A DNA stretch of 63,469 bases, filler included, from Sanchytrium tribonematis (lineage: Eukaryota): NCBI GenBank assembly GCA_018985235.1. It is 7 parts of 7 records of this genome, joined end to end, with 100 filler letters (N's around TTAATTAATTAA, not from the genome) between each part and the next. Parts side by side here need not be neighbours in the genome. Positions count along the whole stretch, not along the records: positions 1 to 9,026 come from JADGIG010000345.1; positions 9,127 to 18,122 come from JADGIG010000346.1; 5 more parts are not named here. One strand, given 5' to 3'. The notes under the pieces were generated by a model, which saw only the letters and a program-made list of their open reading frames with translations, searched no databases and had not been told where the DNA came from. Numbering within the stretch: position 1 is the first letter of the stretch; each line of letters starts with the position of its first letter. The translations under genes and the position numbers were made by a program. Positions 1 through 12,600 of the stretch are shown piece by piece.

Positions 1-553
1 AAAATAAACTTTTCATTCAAAATATAAAATATATCATATTTCAATTTAAAATAATAGCTGTAGTTGACCAATGCCTTCGAAAATCCTCGTGATTAATGAA
101 AGGAAATATGATCTCGGCATTAATTTCGGTATATATGGTGTTAAATGTTAGAATCTGTAAACAAGACAGCAATATGTTGATATTATGGTGTGATAGCAAA
201 TTTAATAGTCTACTATTTAAATCTAGTGGAGGCTCGAATTTTGAATTTTTTTTAATTTTAATAATAGTTCTTAAAAGCAATTTTTCATCATCATTTTGAT
301 CCAACGCACTGTAATACTGCCCATTATTAGAAGGAGGTATACTCGACGGTTTTTGATATGGACTGAAATTGATTTTCTTCTCAAACATTTGCTCTGCCAC
401 GTAATTTACGTTTTTTGATATTTTTCCATGGTTTCAGCTACTATTGATTATTCACTTGGACCACGAAAAGTTAGCTACTATAAATAACAAATAATCAGCC
501 AGTCTGACATTTGAATTCAAAGATATAATCGGCTTAATACGGTTAGGCCAAAA

Positions 554-1867
554 ATGTCATCAGCGTTTTACAGTAAACAAGGAAATGCAGGCTTTTCTGC
601 GTTTTTGGTGATTTTAAATCTAGCAATTATAATTCCAGGTTATTTATTCTATTTCAAAAATAGAGCGCATCCTATGATATCAAAAAGACTGCCACAGGTC
701 GTCTTATTACAAGCTGGTTTTTTTGGCGTCGCTAGCTTAATTGAGGTGTCATTTTTTGATCCCTTCTTTGCTTATTGGTATACAGTAGTACCTTGTCCTT
801 TTTACACGATTATTTTTTGTGCATTTTCGACCACAGCATCCATCTTAACATTGACTAGACAATGCGTGTTTTATTCAATGGCCAAGAGTGCAATGAAAGA
901 AAATTGGAGCACTGGAAAAATATCTGTTATTTGGGACGTTATTTTTGATGGTATTGCGATGATTGTCGGGACTGAAGACTACCAAAAGTTTAAAAAGAGA
1001 CAGCTCAAACGTCAAGTGTCTGTAACATCAAACTCTTCTAGATTGACTGGTTCTGCATCTATGAGTCGATCAAATCTTCGACTGCTCATCATTTCTGTTA
1101 TAACCTTTATTATTGGAGGTCTTGCCAGTTTATCAGAGCTTTTAGCCACTGAGAACTACGATTTTATGTCATTTCCGTCTCGTGAAAAAGCGGATTGCGG
1201 TGAGCCTGGAACAGTGAGTATGACAGTACTTGGAAGTTTTATGATTATTAGCTCGACGATTATGGCAATTCGATTGTTTAGCATTCGTGATATGCTTGGT
1301 TTTGGATACGAAATGTTTTTAATCGCGCTTGTTCCTAAAATTTGGTATCTTGTGTTTTGGATCAGTGAGGATGCAACACAAGTATCTGAAAATGTTCCTC
1401 GTGTATTATTTTCATGGATGGCAATCATTTTTGAGCTTATGATACCTTTATACTTTCCGATATATGTGGTAAAGAGATTTGACAAGTTAAAGTCTCGCGT
1501 TGAAAACATCAAAACTAAGCAACAATTTTTGGAAATTTGGAATACTCCTGAGGCTCGACTTGCCATAATCAAGGTATCCGATCTTCAATTTTGTAGCGAA
1601 AATACTCAGTACTTGATGGATTTTGAAAAATTGGAGAGTGGAAGGGAATCTAAAGATATTGATGGATATCTTAAGATGCTGTACAAAAAATATGTAGGAC
1701 AAAATGCAGTTATGGAACTAAATCTTAAGGGTGACATTCGATTAGAAGCGGGTAATCAGTATAAAAATAGTGCTTTGAAGATTGAAACATTTTTACAAAT
1801 TAAAGAATCAGTTGTACAAATGTTATTAGAAAACACAATGCCTATGGTTGATTTGACACTTTCTTGA
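554..1867 (+). CDS. 7TM receptor fused to C-terminal RGS domain (GprK/RGS1-like architecture)
   Basis: About seven hydrophobic segments followed by RGS-like motifs FLEIWNTPEAR...FCSENTQYLMDF...YVGQNAVMELNL. Confidence 0.8.
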   Translation: MSSAFYSKQGNAGFSAFLVILNLAIIIPGYLFYFKNRAHPMISKRLPQVVLLQAGFFGVASLIEVSFFDPFFAYWYTVVPCPFYTIIFCAFSTTASILTLTRQCVFYSMAKSAMKENWSTGKISVIWDVIFDGIAMIVGTEDYQKFKKRQLKRQVSVTSNSSRLTGSASMSRSNLRLLIISVITFIIGGLASLSELLATENYDFMSFPSREKADCGEPGTVSMTVLGSFMIISSTIMAIRLFSIRDMLGFGYEMFLIALVPKIWYLVFWISEDATQVSENVPRVLFSWMAIIFELMIPLYFPIYVVKRFDKLKSRVENIKTKQQFLEIWNTPEARLAIIKVSDLQFCSENTQYLMDFEKLESGRESKDIDGYLKMLYKKYVGQNAVMELNLKGDIRLEAGNQYKNSALKIETFLQIKESVVQMLLENTMPMVDLTLS

Positions 1868-1887
1868 ATAAATATTTTTTACGACAT

Positions 1888-3945
1888 TTATTCTAGCTCC
1901 ACTAATTCCTCATCTGCTGCAACTGTTTGACCTGGTTTGACGTTAACTTTTTTAATTTTTCCTGCACTCTGAGACTTTAGAACATTTTGCATCTTCATTG
2001 CTTCTAAAATTAAGATCTCGCTTCCTTCACTGACTACGTCACCTACTTTAACACTGACGGTATTTACGCTTCCAGGCATAGGTGCAACAATTAATTTTGA
2101 AAAGTCTCTTGGTGGTTTTTCCTTCATATATTGCAAGTATTCAAATTGCTTTTGAGATAGGACCTTTGTTTGGTACTTCATTCCATTCATTTGCATGGTG
2201 AATCCTAAAGCTTCAGGTTCGCTGTATTGAAGGATCTTGTGTTTTTCATCAACTACAATATTGATGATGTCCTGCTCAATGTTCCATTCGATGGAAATGG
2301 AATGCTTGCCTCCTAGATATTGGATTTCAAAATTAAAAGTGCCATCGTCGAGTTCTACATAGTCTTCAACATTCACCTTGACTTTTATGTACTTTTCATT
2401 TGTAACTACATTTTCAGGGGCACTAATGTAAAATTTCCAGGCTTGCTCATGACCCGAAGGAACAAATTGCTCGTTTTTAATCCAAGTTTTGTTCCTCAAA
2501 TCTCTCAATGCAGAGACAGCAGCACTGGAGGCAAGGTAAAATTTAAGTCCCTCTTCTGACAAAGGTGATGGTTTGAACCCATTTGGATAGTGAGTGGGCA
2601 AAAATTTTGTACTCGTATCCCCGCTTCTCCAAGCTTCGTGATCAATTATTCCTCTTAACAAAGGAATATTGTGATTGACACCCTTTATCAAATAAGAATC
2701 TAATGCTTTACCCATTAATTCAGTAGCACCTTCTCTACTTGGATGCCAAGTGCAGAGTTTGCATATCATTGGGTCGTAGTAAATGCTAATGTCTGAACCC
2801 TCTCGAATGCCGCTATCATTCCTAATAATTCCTTCAGTTTCCTCGATTATTTCCATCGAAGGCTCCTTATATCTTGTCAAGCTTCCAATACTTGGCAAAT
2901 ATTTGACAGGATCTTCAGCGTAAACTCTAGCCTCAATGGCATGTCCGTTGATTTTTATCTCATCTTGTTTAAGTGGTAGTTTTTCATTGGCAGCTACTTT
3001 AATCATCAATTCTACAAGATCTAGCCCGGTAATCAGTTCAGTAATGGGATGCTCTACTTGAAGACGAGTGTTCATTTCTAAAAAGTAAAAATTTAGATGA
3101 GGGTCAACCAAAAATTCGACTGTGCCTGCGGAATGATAACCAACATTTTTTGCTAACATTACTGCTTGCTCTCCCATTTTTCGTCTTGTTTCCTCGTTCA
3201 AATGTGTTGAAGGCGCTTCCTCGACTACTTTTTGATTTCTTCTTTGAATACTACATTCTCTCTCGGGCAAATAAAATGTGTTTCCATGTTTATCTCCAAT
3301 CAATTGAATTTCTATGTGTCTTGGATTTTCGATAAATTTTTCTACCAAAAGTCTATCATCTCCAAAAGAATTCAATGCCTCAGACTTGGTCAGTTTATAG
3401 TATTCCTTGACATCTTTATCATTCCAGCAAATTCTCATGCCTTTCCCGCCACCTCCAGCAGATGCTTTTAGCATAATTGGATATTTTATACTGTTTGCGA
3501 CGGCTATAGCTTGGTCCAAGGTGTCAATTTGCCCTTCAAATCCCGGGATCGTAAACACACCGGCAGCCTTGGCTATTTGTTTCGACTCAATTTTGTCTCC
3601 CATTTTTGTCATGGCACTGCTATTTGGCCCAATAAATGAGATATTGTTTTTTTCCAGCTCTTTCACAAACTTTGGTTTTTCGCTTAAAAATCCATATCCA
3701 GGGTGAACAGCATCAACACCCAGATCTTGGCAAGCTTTGAGCAATTTATCGACCCTTAAATATGACTCACTACTTGGGGAGTTACCTATGTGGTAGCATT
3801 CATTTGCCATTTCAACATGCTTACTATGTTTATCCGCATCTGAATATACAGCGACAGTGGGTATACCCAAGGATTTGCAGGTCCTTATCACTCTACATGC
3901 AATTTCACCTCTATTTGCAATCAATATCTTGTTAAAAAGTGTCAT
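1888..3945 (-). CDS. PCCA: Propionyl-CoA carboxylase alpha subunit (biotin carboxylase + biotinyl domain)
   Basis: KILIANRGEIACR, HPGYGFLSE, KASAGGGGKGMR, ERECSIQRRNQK, EMNTRLQVEHP, EAMKMQN biotin site. Confidence 0.85.
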   Translation of the reverse strand: MTLFNKILIANRGEIACRVIRTCKSLGIPTVAVYSDADKHSKHVEMANECYHIGNSPSSESYLRVDKLLKACQDLGVDAVHPGYGFLSEKPKFVKELEKNNISFIGPNSSAMTKMGDKIESKQIAKAAGVFTIPGFEGQIDTLDQAIAVANSIKYPIMLKASAGGGGKGMRICWNDKDVKEYYKLTKSEALNSFGDDRLLVEKFIENPRHIEIQLIGDKHGNTFYLPERECSIQRRNQKVVEEAPSTHLNEETRRKMGEQAVMLAKNVGYHSAGTVEFLVDPHLNFYFLEMNTRLQVEHPITELITGLDLVELMIKVAANEKLPLKQDEIKINGHAIEARVYAEDPVKYLPSIGSLTRYKEPSMEIIEETEGIIRNDSGIREGSDISIYYDPMICKLCTWHPSREGATELMGKALDSYLIKGVNHNIPLLRGIIDHEAWRSGDTSTKFLPTHYPNGFKPSPLSEEGLKFYLASSAAVSALRDLRNKTWIKNEQFVPSGHEQAWKFYISAPENVVTNEKYIKVKVNVEDYVELDDGTFNFEIQYLGGKHSISIEWNIEQDIINIVVDEKHKILQYSEPEALGFTMQMNGMKYQTKVLSQKQFEYLQYMKEKPPRDFSKLIVAPMPGSVNTVSVKVGDVVSEGSEILILEAMKMQNVLKSQSAGKIKKVNVKPGQTVAADEELVELE

Positions 3946-3995
3946 GTTGGCAAACTGGGGGAGTTAGACAGGAACCTTGAAAAAATATTGTCAAT

Positions 3996-4829
3996 TTATT
4001 GAAATTTTGTAAATAGACTTTTAACAGGACTGGACTCTGTGAGATCAATAACTTGCCCAGCAGATCTATATGCGTTATGGTCTATGGATTTTTGTAAGGG
4101 AGTCAGATCAATTGATTTCCTAGGCTCTGGTTGTCCCAATATATCAGGTAAAACTTTTTTACTTGGTGATATATTTTTAAATAAATTCGGATTAGACAGT
4201 TTTCTTACCTCGGTTTTAGCAGCTTTGTTTACAGGCGCTTTCAAATTTTGCTTTTGTAAGGTTTTTAGGGTATTTTCTGAATTTTGTTCCTCTTGCTTAT
4301 TGGAAGTAATTTGAGATGTTGTCTTTGGTGAGAAAAATTGAGTTATAGACTTAGGTTTGACCTCTGACTTGGCGTTTGTGCCATTGCTTGGCAGAACTCT
4401 TACTATCTTTGGTTCCGTTTTTTTAATAACTTTCAAATTTGCAGTGATCTTTTCAATATCGGGTTTGATGGAACGGATTGTATTTCCAAGATATCTAACT
4501 GACCTTTCTATAGCCGTGAATTGATTCACGTACCCTTTTCCAAATTTGTAAAAGTGCATTTTATCAAGATAAATGCAATACATGTCAAGTTCATCATCCT
4601 TACTTTCATCAGCACTCTTCACAAAGGATCCCAAGATATCTTTGCACGATGAGCAATGAATTAATTTCCCTACACAGCCTTCAAAGGCATGAGTGAGCCT
4701 TGTGAAGGTTTTTGCCAAATCACAGCTGGACTCGGTGAAAATTAAATAATTATTTCTTGAAGTTAAAAAAACTGTAGAATCACAAATGATTGTACTGCAT
4801 CTTGAACATAAAAATACAGTCAAGTCCAT
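3996..4829 (-). CDS. Mis18/Yippee-domain protein with low-complexity tail
   Basis: VFLCSRCSTIICDS ... LIHCSSCKDILG paired CxxC motifs typical of Yippee-Mis18. Confidence 0.65.
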   Translation of the reverse strand: MDLTVFLCSRCSTIICDSTVFLTSRNNYLIFTESSCDLAKTFTRLTHAFEGCVGKLIHCSSCKDILGSFVKSADESKDDELDMYCIYLDKMHFYKFGKGYVNQFTAIERSVRYLGNTIRSIKPDIEKITANLKVIKKTEPKIVRVLPSNGTNAKSEVKPKSITQFFSPKTTSQITSNKQEEQNSENTLKTLQKQNLKAPVNKAAKTEVRKLSNPNLFKNISPSKKVLPDILGQPEPRKSIDLTPLQKSIDHNAYRSAGQVIDLTESSPVKSLFTKFQ

Positions 4830-4856
4830 TCTCCTTGTTTTGTCAGAATTTATTAT

Positions 4857-7800
4857 TCATGTTTTATTAGACTTTTCGAAATCTAGTTTTTCAATGTTTT
4901 CCACGGAAAAATCGGAATCTGATTGCTCTGATATCACATCACTCGTATTATCAATTTTTAAATTCTCAATGTCTCCATCAGAAGTTAAAATAGGTTGTTC
5001 TTTAATAGTGTTCCTCCTATCAAAAGTATCATCGAAAATGAGAGTATTGGCGACAACCAAGCTACTAGTTATTGATCGCTGTTCCAAAGTCGGTTTACCG
5101 AGTTTCTTACTTGTATTTCCGTCTAAAATGTTATCCATGTTGAGAGTGGTATTTTCAATTTGCGACTTTTCAGGAACAACAGATATTCTTGAATTTTTCT
5201 TGGAAATTTCGGACGAAATTTCCAAAACGGGTGCAATAGTGGACTCATTTTGAAGCTTTGTAACTCTCATGGCGTTGCTTGAAGTTCTTGTTAAATTATT
5301 TTCTGCTGAATCCCTTTGAACAACACTTGAGAGTTCAACATCAACTTTCTCAAATTTTGAAATGACACTTTTTGTTCGATCAGTAGAATTTTCAAGTATG
5401 ACTTTCTTTGGGACTGGATCAGATTTTTGAATTGGATTTGGTGCCACTTCTGAAGTCGTTTTATATGATTTCGCAATTGTATTATTTTTGGATAAAGTGT
5501 TGGTAGTCGAGTGATTTGCGTTCGTTTTTTGAGTTGATGGTGTAGCAATAAAAGATTTCCTTTGCTTTTTTCGAAATGCCTCGTTTTTGATATCTCTTTG
5601 CATCTGGACCAATATCACAACTATCAGAGCAATTGTTGAAAATATAACTATAATTGTCAAAGGATTTGAATAAGTAGATAAATATTTGGATTGAGTTGTG
5701 GCGAACACTGAAAACAAAATGCCGCAACTTAAAGTTACAATGAGACAAATTTGGCAAAATATGTCAATGATGGTATGCTCTTTCTTCTTGTAAGGCTTTG
5801 AATGGAGTAGGAAGCCCAAGTACGTAAAAGTTAATAGCATAATAAATATTGCCTGCAAAATTTGTAAATCATTCAAAAAGGCTTGTACAATTAGAATGAG
5901 ACACCTTAAAGACAAATGAATAGCAATGATATACTGCCCGGTACCTTTGAAATCACCCTTTTCTGAATTGAGCATTTGACTGGCAAAATTAGAAATTTTC
6001 AAATGTTTTGTTTGCGACTTCAAATAAAATAAAATTCCAAAATACATTGGAATTCCAATAACATATATAATTGTACCAAGTGCAAAGTAGCCTTCTTGCT
6101 TATTGTATTCATTGCTTCCACAGATCATTCCAGGATATTTCACCATGACTCGATTTACAGTTCCTGACTCTACGCAACTGAAAAAACCCAAGATCCAACT
6201 ACACAAGCTCACATAGATGACCTGTAGAAATATATGAAATATATTGATGCAGGTGTAAAATGTGGTCCCGATTGTTTTGATGGATGGTTTTAAAACTTTG
6301 AAATGGGGTCTGAATTTTCTAATTAAAAGTGCAAATGGATATCCGATAGGTGAAATCAATGTCAAAAGTATTAAAAATGCCAGGAAGAGTGGAGGAATCG
6401 CCATGAATACTTTCGCTTTCCAAAAATAATTGTAGCTTGAATTAACACATTCTGGTTTGGCCAAGTCTAAATTGAACGAAAATATACTTAAAGCATCAAA
6501 AAATTGAACGACTGTATCACTCCAGTTAAGAATGAGCGATCTGAAAACGTATATAATTTGAAAATATTGAAATAAGATGCCAAAAACGACCAAGAATGAC
6601 CCATACTTGATTTTTAAAAATAACGACCCCACTATTAATAGTGCTGCAGCAACACCAACCATAACGAATTCGAATGTACCCCATTGAGCCGGACATTTGA
6701 CGCAGCTCTGAAGTTGGGCATAATATTTCTCTGCACACCTGCCACATCCAACTAATATGAATAAAAAATACCATCTGGATTCGCATAACCTTCTGCACAC
6801 ACATTAGCTCCTTGGCAAGAGTCGGCATTAATGCATCTATTATATTCGTAAGAGTGGCCCATTTGAGTACTACTCAAATAGTAACCACGTTTAGCAGTAG
6901 GCATTGTGCCATTTTTGAAACAGTCAGCACCAAGTGGACAAGGTGCACAAAAATCGTATGTTTTCTGATCGCTATTTAATGCGTAGAACACATTGATAAA
7001 GTTAGTTCCACAATCAAATGAAATTTGGATGTCTATACTGGCAATCGGATAATTGAATGCTGTTTTATAATAGCCAATTCCGACATTTTGATCAAAATTT
7101 GCGTTGGTACTATTTAAATTTTCAAATGAATTGCTACTTGAAAAATTCACTTCCAATTTGAATTTGGTATCAAATATAGCAGCGTTGTCATAAAAACCAA
7201 CTCCACTATAAGTTTTGATTGTATTGTCCATTGGGATAAGCTGATTATTTATATACAAATATCCAATGTTTCTTCCATGAGGAGATACATTAAGAACTAG
7301 TGGGCTAGGCAAGTATTGACCAAGATTTGCATATGTCAAATTTTGGCTTATTGCAGGACTATTTAATGTATATAGATATTTTGGTATATTAATATAGCCA
7401 TTTCTTTTCAACAAATCAGAATCCTCGAGTTTCAATTTATAATCACCACTTGGTGATTTTTGAATTTGCCTCGTGTAGACATTTCCAAGAAAGCTGGGCG
7501 AGTCATACGAAGTTACATGCAAAACTCCGAGAATATTCCTGTTTTTGTATTTCAGATGATACAAAACATAGCAATCCTGCGATTGATTTGGCGTAATGTC
7601 AAAAATAAAGACTGAGTTTACACCAATTGTGCCACTCTCTCTTCCAGCTGAATCAATATACAATTTGCACTGTATAGCATTGTAAGCATTGTCTATTGAA
7701 ATAATTGCGGCGTCATTGAATTGAGATTTATATTCAGATGGGATTTGCAATGTACCAGTATTAATTGGAACAATGTAGTTTAGAAATGGATTAATTACTT

Positions 7801-8908
7801 TTTTATAAGAGCTATCCGGGACAACGATGCTATTAGCAGAATCGCCGTTTTGCTCTAGAATTAGATAATGTCCAAAGTTCTCAGAGGCAGGCACATTAAA
7901 TTTGAGATAAGTCGTATTGCTTACAACTTGATCTAGAGGATAAGAGCTATCTTGAAAGTCTCCCGCTTTTCGAATGGTCACACCGTGAGATCCTTTATTA
8001 TTTTTAAAACAAGTCTGATAAATATCATGGGCTTGGTTAAGGTTTTTCCCAAATACATTAATTGAAAAATAACCATCATTAATATAGCCAATGTAAGCGA
8101 AATCGATCTCTGTTGTGGAATCACACAACATATTGCTCTGTTTACACGAGCTTGGCACATTGTCTGATGGATTAAATGGATTAGAGCTTACATCACAATA
8201 CCCAATTGTATTTAAACTAATCATACCGTTAATTGTTGTGACAGCATTATTACTAATGTCAAAGGCGTCAAACGAGGAAGATCGTGTAGAAACATCAATG
8301 ACAGTTAAATAATTGTTGCTAATATTCAAACGTAAAATATTAGGCGCATTTATATAAAAAACTCCAGTCAAGTTGTTTCTGGACAAATCCAAGCTCAAAA
8401 GATTAGGTATTGGATGGTTTGAATCTCCCAATCCAATCTGACCACTTAGTTGATTATTTGATAGATCAACGTTGGTAGCAGAAAAAGGCACACCACCCTG
8501 TATGTTTCCAACAAAATTACTACTAGAGGCATTTAATATAACAATATTTGAGGGAAATGACATGACACTTAATTGAGTATTATTAACATACATTTCTGTT
8601 ATACTCCCCATAATTGGCACACTACCTATGATACTATTTCCACTAAGATCTATAACTTGTAAATTTGTTATAGATGTTAGATAACCGAGTGTTGTTGTTA
8701 GATTTCCCCTCAAAGCTCTGTCTGCCCAACGAATTTTTGTAATGTTTGATAAATTGCATTCGACCCCGACATCGATCGAGGTACTGCAGCAGTCTCCAAT
8801 CATTAAATTGTTCCCAAGGATGGGATTATTCAATGATCGGGCTACTTTTGATGCCAGTGAACAATCTTGCGGTGCTGTAAAAAGAAGCTCAAGCAATAGT
8901 AAGAACAT
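4857..8908 (-). CDS. Large membrane receptor: signal peptide, LRR ectodomain, Cys-rich repeats, multi-pass (7TM-like) region, S/T-rich tail; two exons (intron 6752-6771)
   Basis: ORFs 6752..8935 and 4857..6800 join in frame after removing 20-nt GTATTTTTTATTCATATTAG (NPD-V-GCGRC); likely ATG at 8908. Confidence 0.8.
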
Positions 8909-9026
8909 GTAAATATAGTTTGATGCGACTCTCACGTTTAATCGTACGGCCTCGAAAGTAGGTCATTATTTGTTTCATAAAAACGTTTTTATTGAAAATT
9001 CTGATTCAGAATCATTTGAATTGCAT

Positions 9027-9126
9027 NNNNNNNNNNNNNNNNNNNNNNNNNNNNNNNNNNNNNNNNNNNNTTAATTAATTAANNNNNNNNNNNNNNNNNN
9101 NNNNNNNNNNNNNNNNNNNNNNNNNN
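9027..9126. other. Artificial contig linker (N-TTAATTAATTAA-N)
   Basis: 100 nt of N with six-frame-stop spacer; same linker at 18123-18222, 27217-27316, 36306-36405, 45382-45481, 54442-54541. Confidence 0.98.
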
Positions 9127-9640
9127 ATAAAATCGTAGATATTGGATTGAACAGACTGCGTTGACACGCTTGGAAATGCTTGTTCTTTCCTAGATTTTAA
9201 ATCAGAAATATAATTATTGATTGTTGGTACCATATTGGAGTAAATTGGTTGATCAAATGCGTTAATTTTAGCAAGAAATGCTGTTCCTGACTCAATTCAA
9301 TCAATGTATTTTGATTCATCGTGACCATTTACATCTTCCAATGCACCTTCAATTTCTGGCGTGTAAAATGACTCATTGTTAACATCATTAAATTCCCCAC
9401 TGTACTCACCAAATACAAAGCATTGTATTGTATTGCTTCCTGCACTGTTATTTAACTGGACGCTGTTTCAATTGACAAATTTACAGCATTTTCAATCCTG
9501 TCAATATGACACAAAGGGCCTCCGCCTTGCCAGGTCAAACTTTTGAAATTAATCAAAATGATCAAAACTTACCCTAAATCACCGATATTCCACAGAAAGT
9601 CTCATTACGAAAACAGAAAAGAAAAAATTACACTGAAATT

Positions 9641-12600
9641 ATGTCTATTAACAACTTCGACTCAGATATCACATCAACAGCATTCAAAATGAAGAAAAAG
9701 ATGATGTTTCGAAATTGGCAAAAATTCGCCATTAGATCCCCCCAGCAAACTTGAAAGTATTTCAAATCAAGTTGCTAAAAAATTTGTGTCTACAATCTTA
9801 AGCAGCTTAGATTTATCCAATTTACTTGTAGAACTAAAGAAAATGCACTTTACTTTGTATTGCCCAAGTGAGATTCATCATGCGGGATGTGAGATTAAGT
9901 TTATTAAATTGGACCATGGAATAGTCCATGCAGGATGTTCAGGTGGATTTACATTGCCGACGTCCACTAAACATAACGATGTAAAATTATGTCAAGAGTT
10001 GAAAAGAATGACAATGAGCAAATTAAAAGAATTGGTGTTAAAGAAAATTTTTAATCCCCTAGAGTTTCCTGATGCACAATATAACAACATTTTATATATT
10101 CAAACCAAACCGCTTAATCGATTGATGTCATTGAATCGAATTCTGAGCAATATTCCAAAATTGACTCTGAATAAAATTGATCTAATTGGAATTGGTAGAT
10201 CAGACGCTTTCAGTGGATTTAAAGACGTTCAAAATGCTTTGTCTATGAGTATAACTGTTCCTTATGTGCCTGATTGGAGTCAAATTGATGATACAGACAG
10301 GTTAGAATTGATTTTAAAATCAAATTATTTTGTGAAACAAAAGATCGATACTTTTGTCTTTAGTGACGATCTTGGTACTTCAAGAAATCAAATAGTATCT
10401 CTACTTAAATCCACCACATCATTGGATGTGCCCGCCATCACTCAAATGAAGCATTTTAAAACATAACAAAAATTGGTTTTTATCTCCTTTAGACAAACAG
10501 AGACTAGTGTAAATGATTGGGAGTCGTTGATTGGACTGTTCAGTAGTATCGGCATCAAAAAGATTGAGACTACTCATGAACGATGCTCCATTTTTGATGT
10601 CATTCAATTCTAAGATCCAATCGATGCATTTGGAAATGACTGAATATTTACCACCTCATTCTTATCATGGTAAAGAATTCTGCATCAGCAAGCTGCTTCT
10701 AGCTCAACAAATTGACAGAATTAAGCATTTGGCAATTGGATACATGATCAATTATCACAAATTTCAACTCGATAAAGTCAAATCACAATTAAGAGATAAG
10801 ATCATTCAACTTAAGACATCCAAAATTAAGATTGCAACAACAGAAGATACTCATATGAAGGATGTAGAAGATGACACCAAACTGCCACCAATCGTTCAGA
10901 TACTTGAAAAACCAATCAGATTTGGAATTAGCTGGATTATTATCAATGAGGATAACGAGGATCCTGATTTTGAGTCATCTCATTTGGATATCAAGTCAAA
11001 TATTGCTGTTTTAAAAGATGAATTAGAAAAATTATTACCAATCACACTAAATGGTGTAAAATTTGATTGCTTGACCAGAATTGCAAAAGATGGTACACAT
11101 GTGAATATCTCGCCAAATACGGTGCTCTACAACATTCGTGACTCGAGATTTATTGAAGCGACCATTATCTGCAAATCATCTCATTACAAAGTAATTCTAA
11201 CTAAATTAGGAGCAAGGTGGACAAAACCAACAATTTGATCAACAATAAATCAATTGTCTGATAATTCCCTTGCTCCTAAGCGTTTATTGGCTTCAAAATC
11301 TTTACAAATCAAAAAAGTCAAATTCGACTCCCCTTGGGTGACTTGTGATTGTAATTCAAAAACAGACAGCCCATCAATAAATACTTCATTTGATTCTTTA
11401 TCACTTACAATTAATCAGAACAGTATAACTAGTCCTGTCTCTTTTAAAGAGACACAAATCATGCTAAAGCGACTGAATGGAAAAACTGCCATGATATACA
11501 TCAACACACCCTGCTCGTACGAGACATTTGTCTCTCATATCCATTCTAAAGGCATCCCTTATTGTTCGAATCATCATAAACTCTTCTATGAATTTCATAA
11601 CATCTATCCAAATAGTATGATTACTTCTGACATGCGTCGTATTCAAATACAGCCCAAAATGCTTGGTGGTAGTGCTGATGATGAAGAAATATCCACTGAT
11701 TGTTCAATATTTGACAAATTAGATCAAATGAAGATTCTCTCCTATAACTGTCGTGGTGACAGAAATGGATCATTATCTAATGAATTAAAGTCATTTGTCT
11801 CTAGATATCACCCTACAATTCTTCATTTGACTAAATATCGAATATCGAATGAAATTCATCTACCAGGATACAACATTGTCAAATTTAAATATTTAAATGA
11901 GTGCGACCGACAGGCTATTTACGTACTATCTGGAATTGAGGATATATCCCTAGTTAGTGTAGACAGCCAATACTGTCACACCGTGAAAATATCAGGTAAT
12001 TGCTTCACCTTTGGATATCTTCCTCCAAGATTCAAAAACGGTTTAGAATTTCAAAGATCTCAGCTTCAAATAACATTTATTATTCGCTCCCTTTTCATTG
12101 GTGATTCAAATCAACGATGTCCATCCATCCAAAATGGACACGACTCGTCCGGCAGAAACTTTGAAAGTATGATGCGTGATAATTGCTATTCTCCTTCCAA
12201 TTCCCCAAATGAAAGCCTTATGCGTCGTGGAAACAACTGCTTCGACCAAGTCTGGTGCCATAATTCTATATCTGTGAGAGTTAGTCCAATTATTGTCCTA
12301 AAACTTGAAAATACGACCTCGGATCATTATCCAATAATGTTTCAATTTGATCTCTTGGAACCAGTCCATTTACTACGGACAGTAGATTATAACACTCTTA
12401 GACATGACATCATCATTCGAAGACAATTAGAACTAAGACTTAAATCCAAATTTGATGAATCCCTTCACAAAATCCCAAATTTAAATATCAATGAAGTGTG
12501 GAGTGAATTTAAACATATCGTGACTCAAACCAGCTTCAGGACACTTTCAGTGACTTCCTTCAGAGATGGTGATCCAACTGACTCTATTGGGGACAAATTG

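Noticed and set aside
41..400. ORF at window start
   Set aside because: GTG start, no in-frame ATG found upstream and no recognisable domain; cannot be supported.
10464..11238. Alternative genetic code (TAA/TAG = Gln, or TGA readthrough) to explain in-frame stops
   Set aside because: Conserved genes end at TAA at their expected C-termini (P2 GFGLFD*, SGT1, thiolase) and have no internal stops; the interruptions are confined to TEs and accessory genes.
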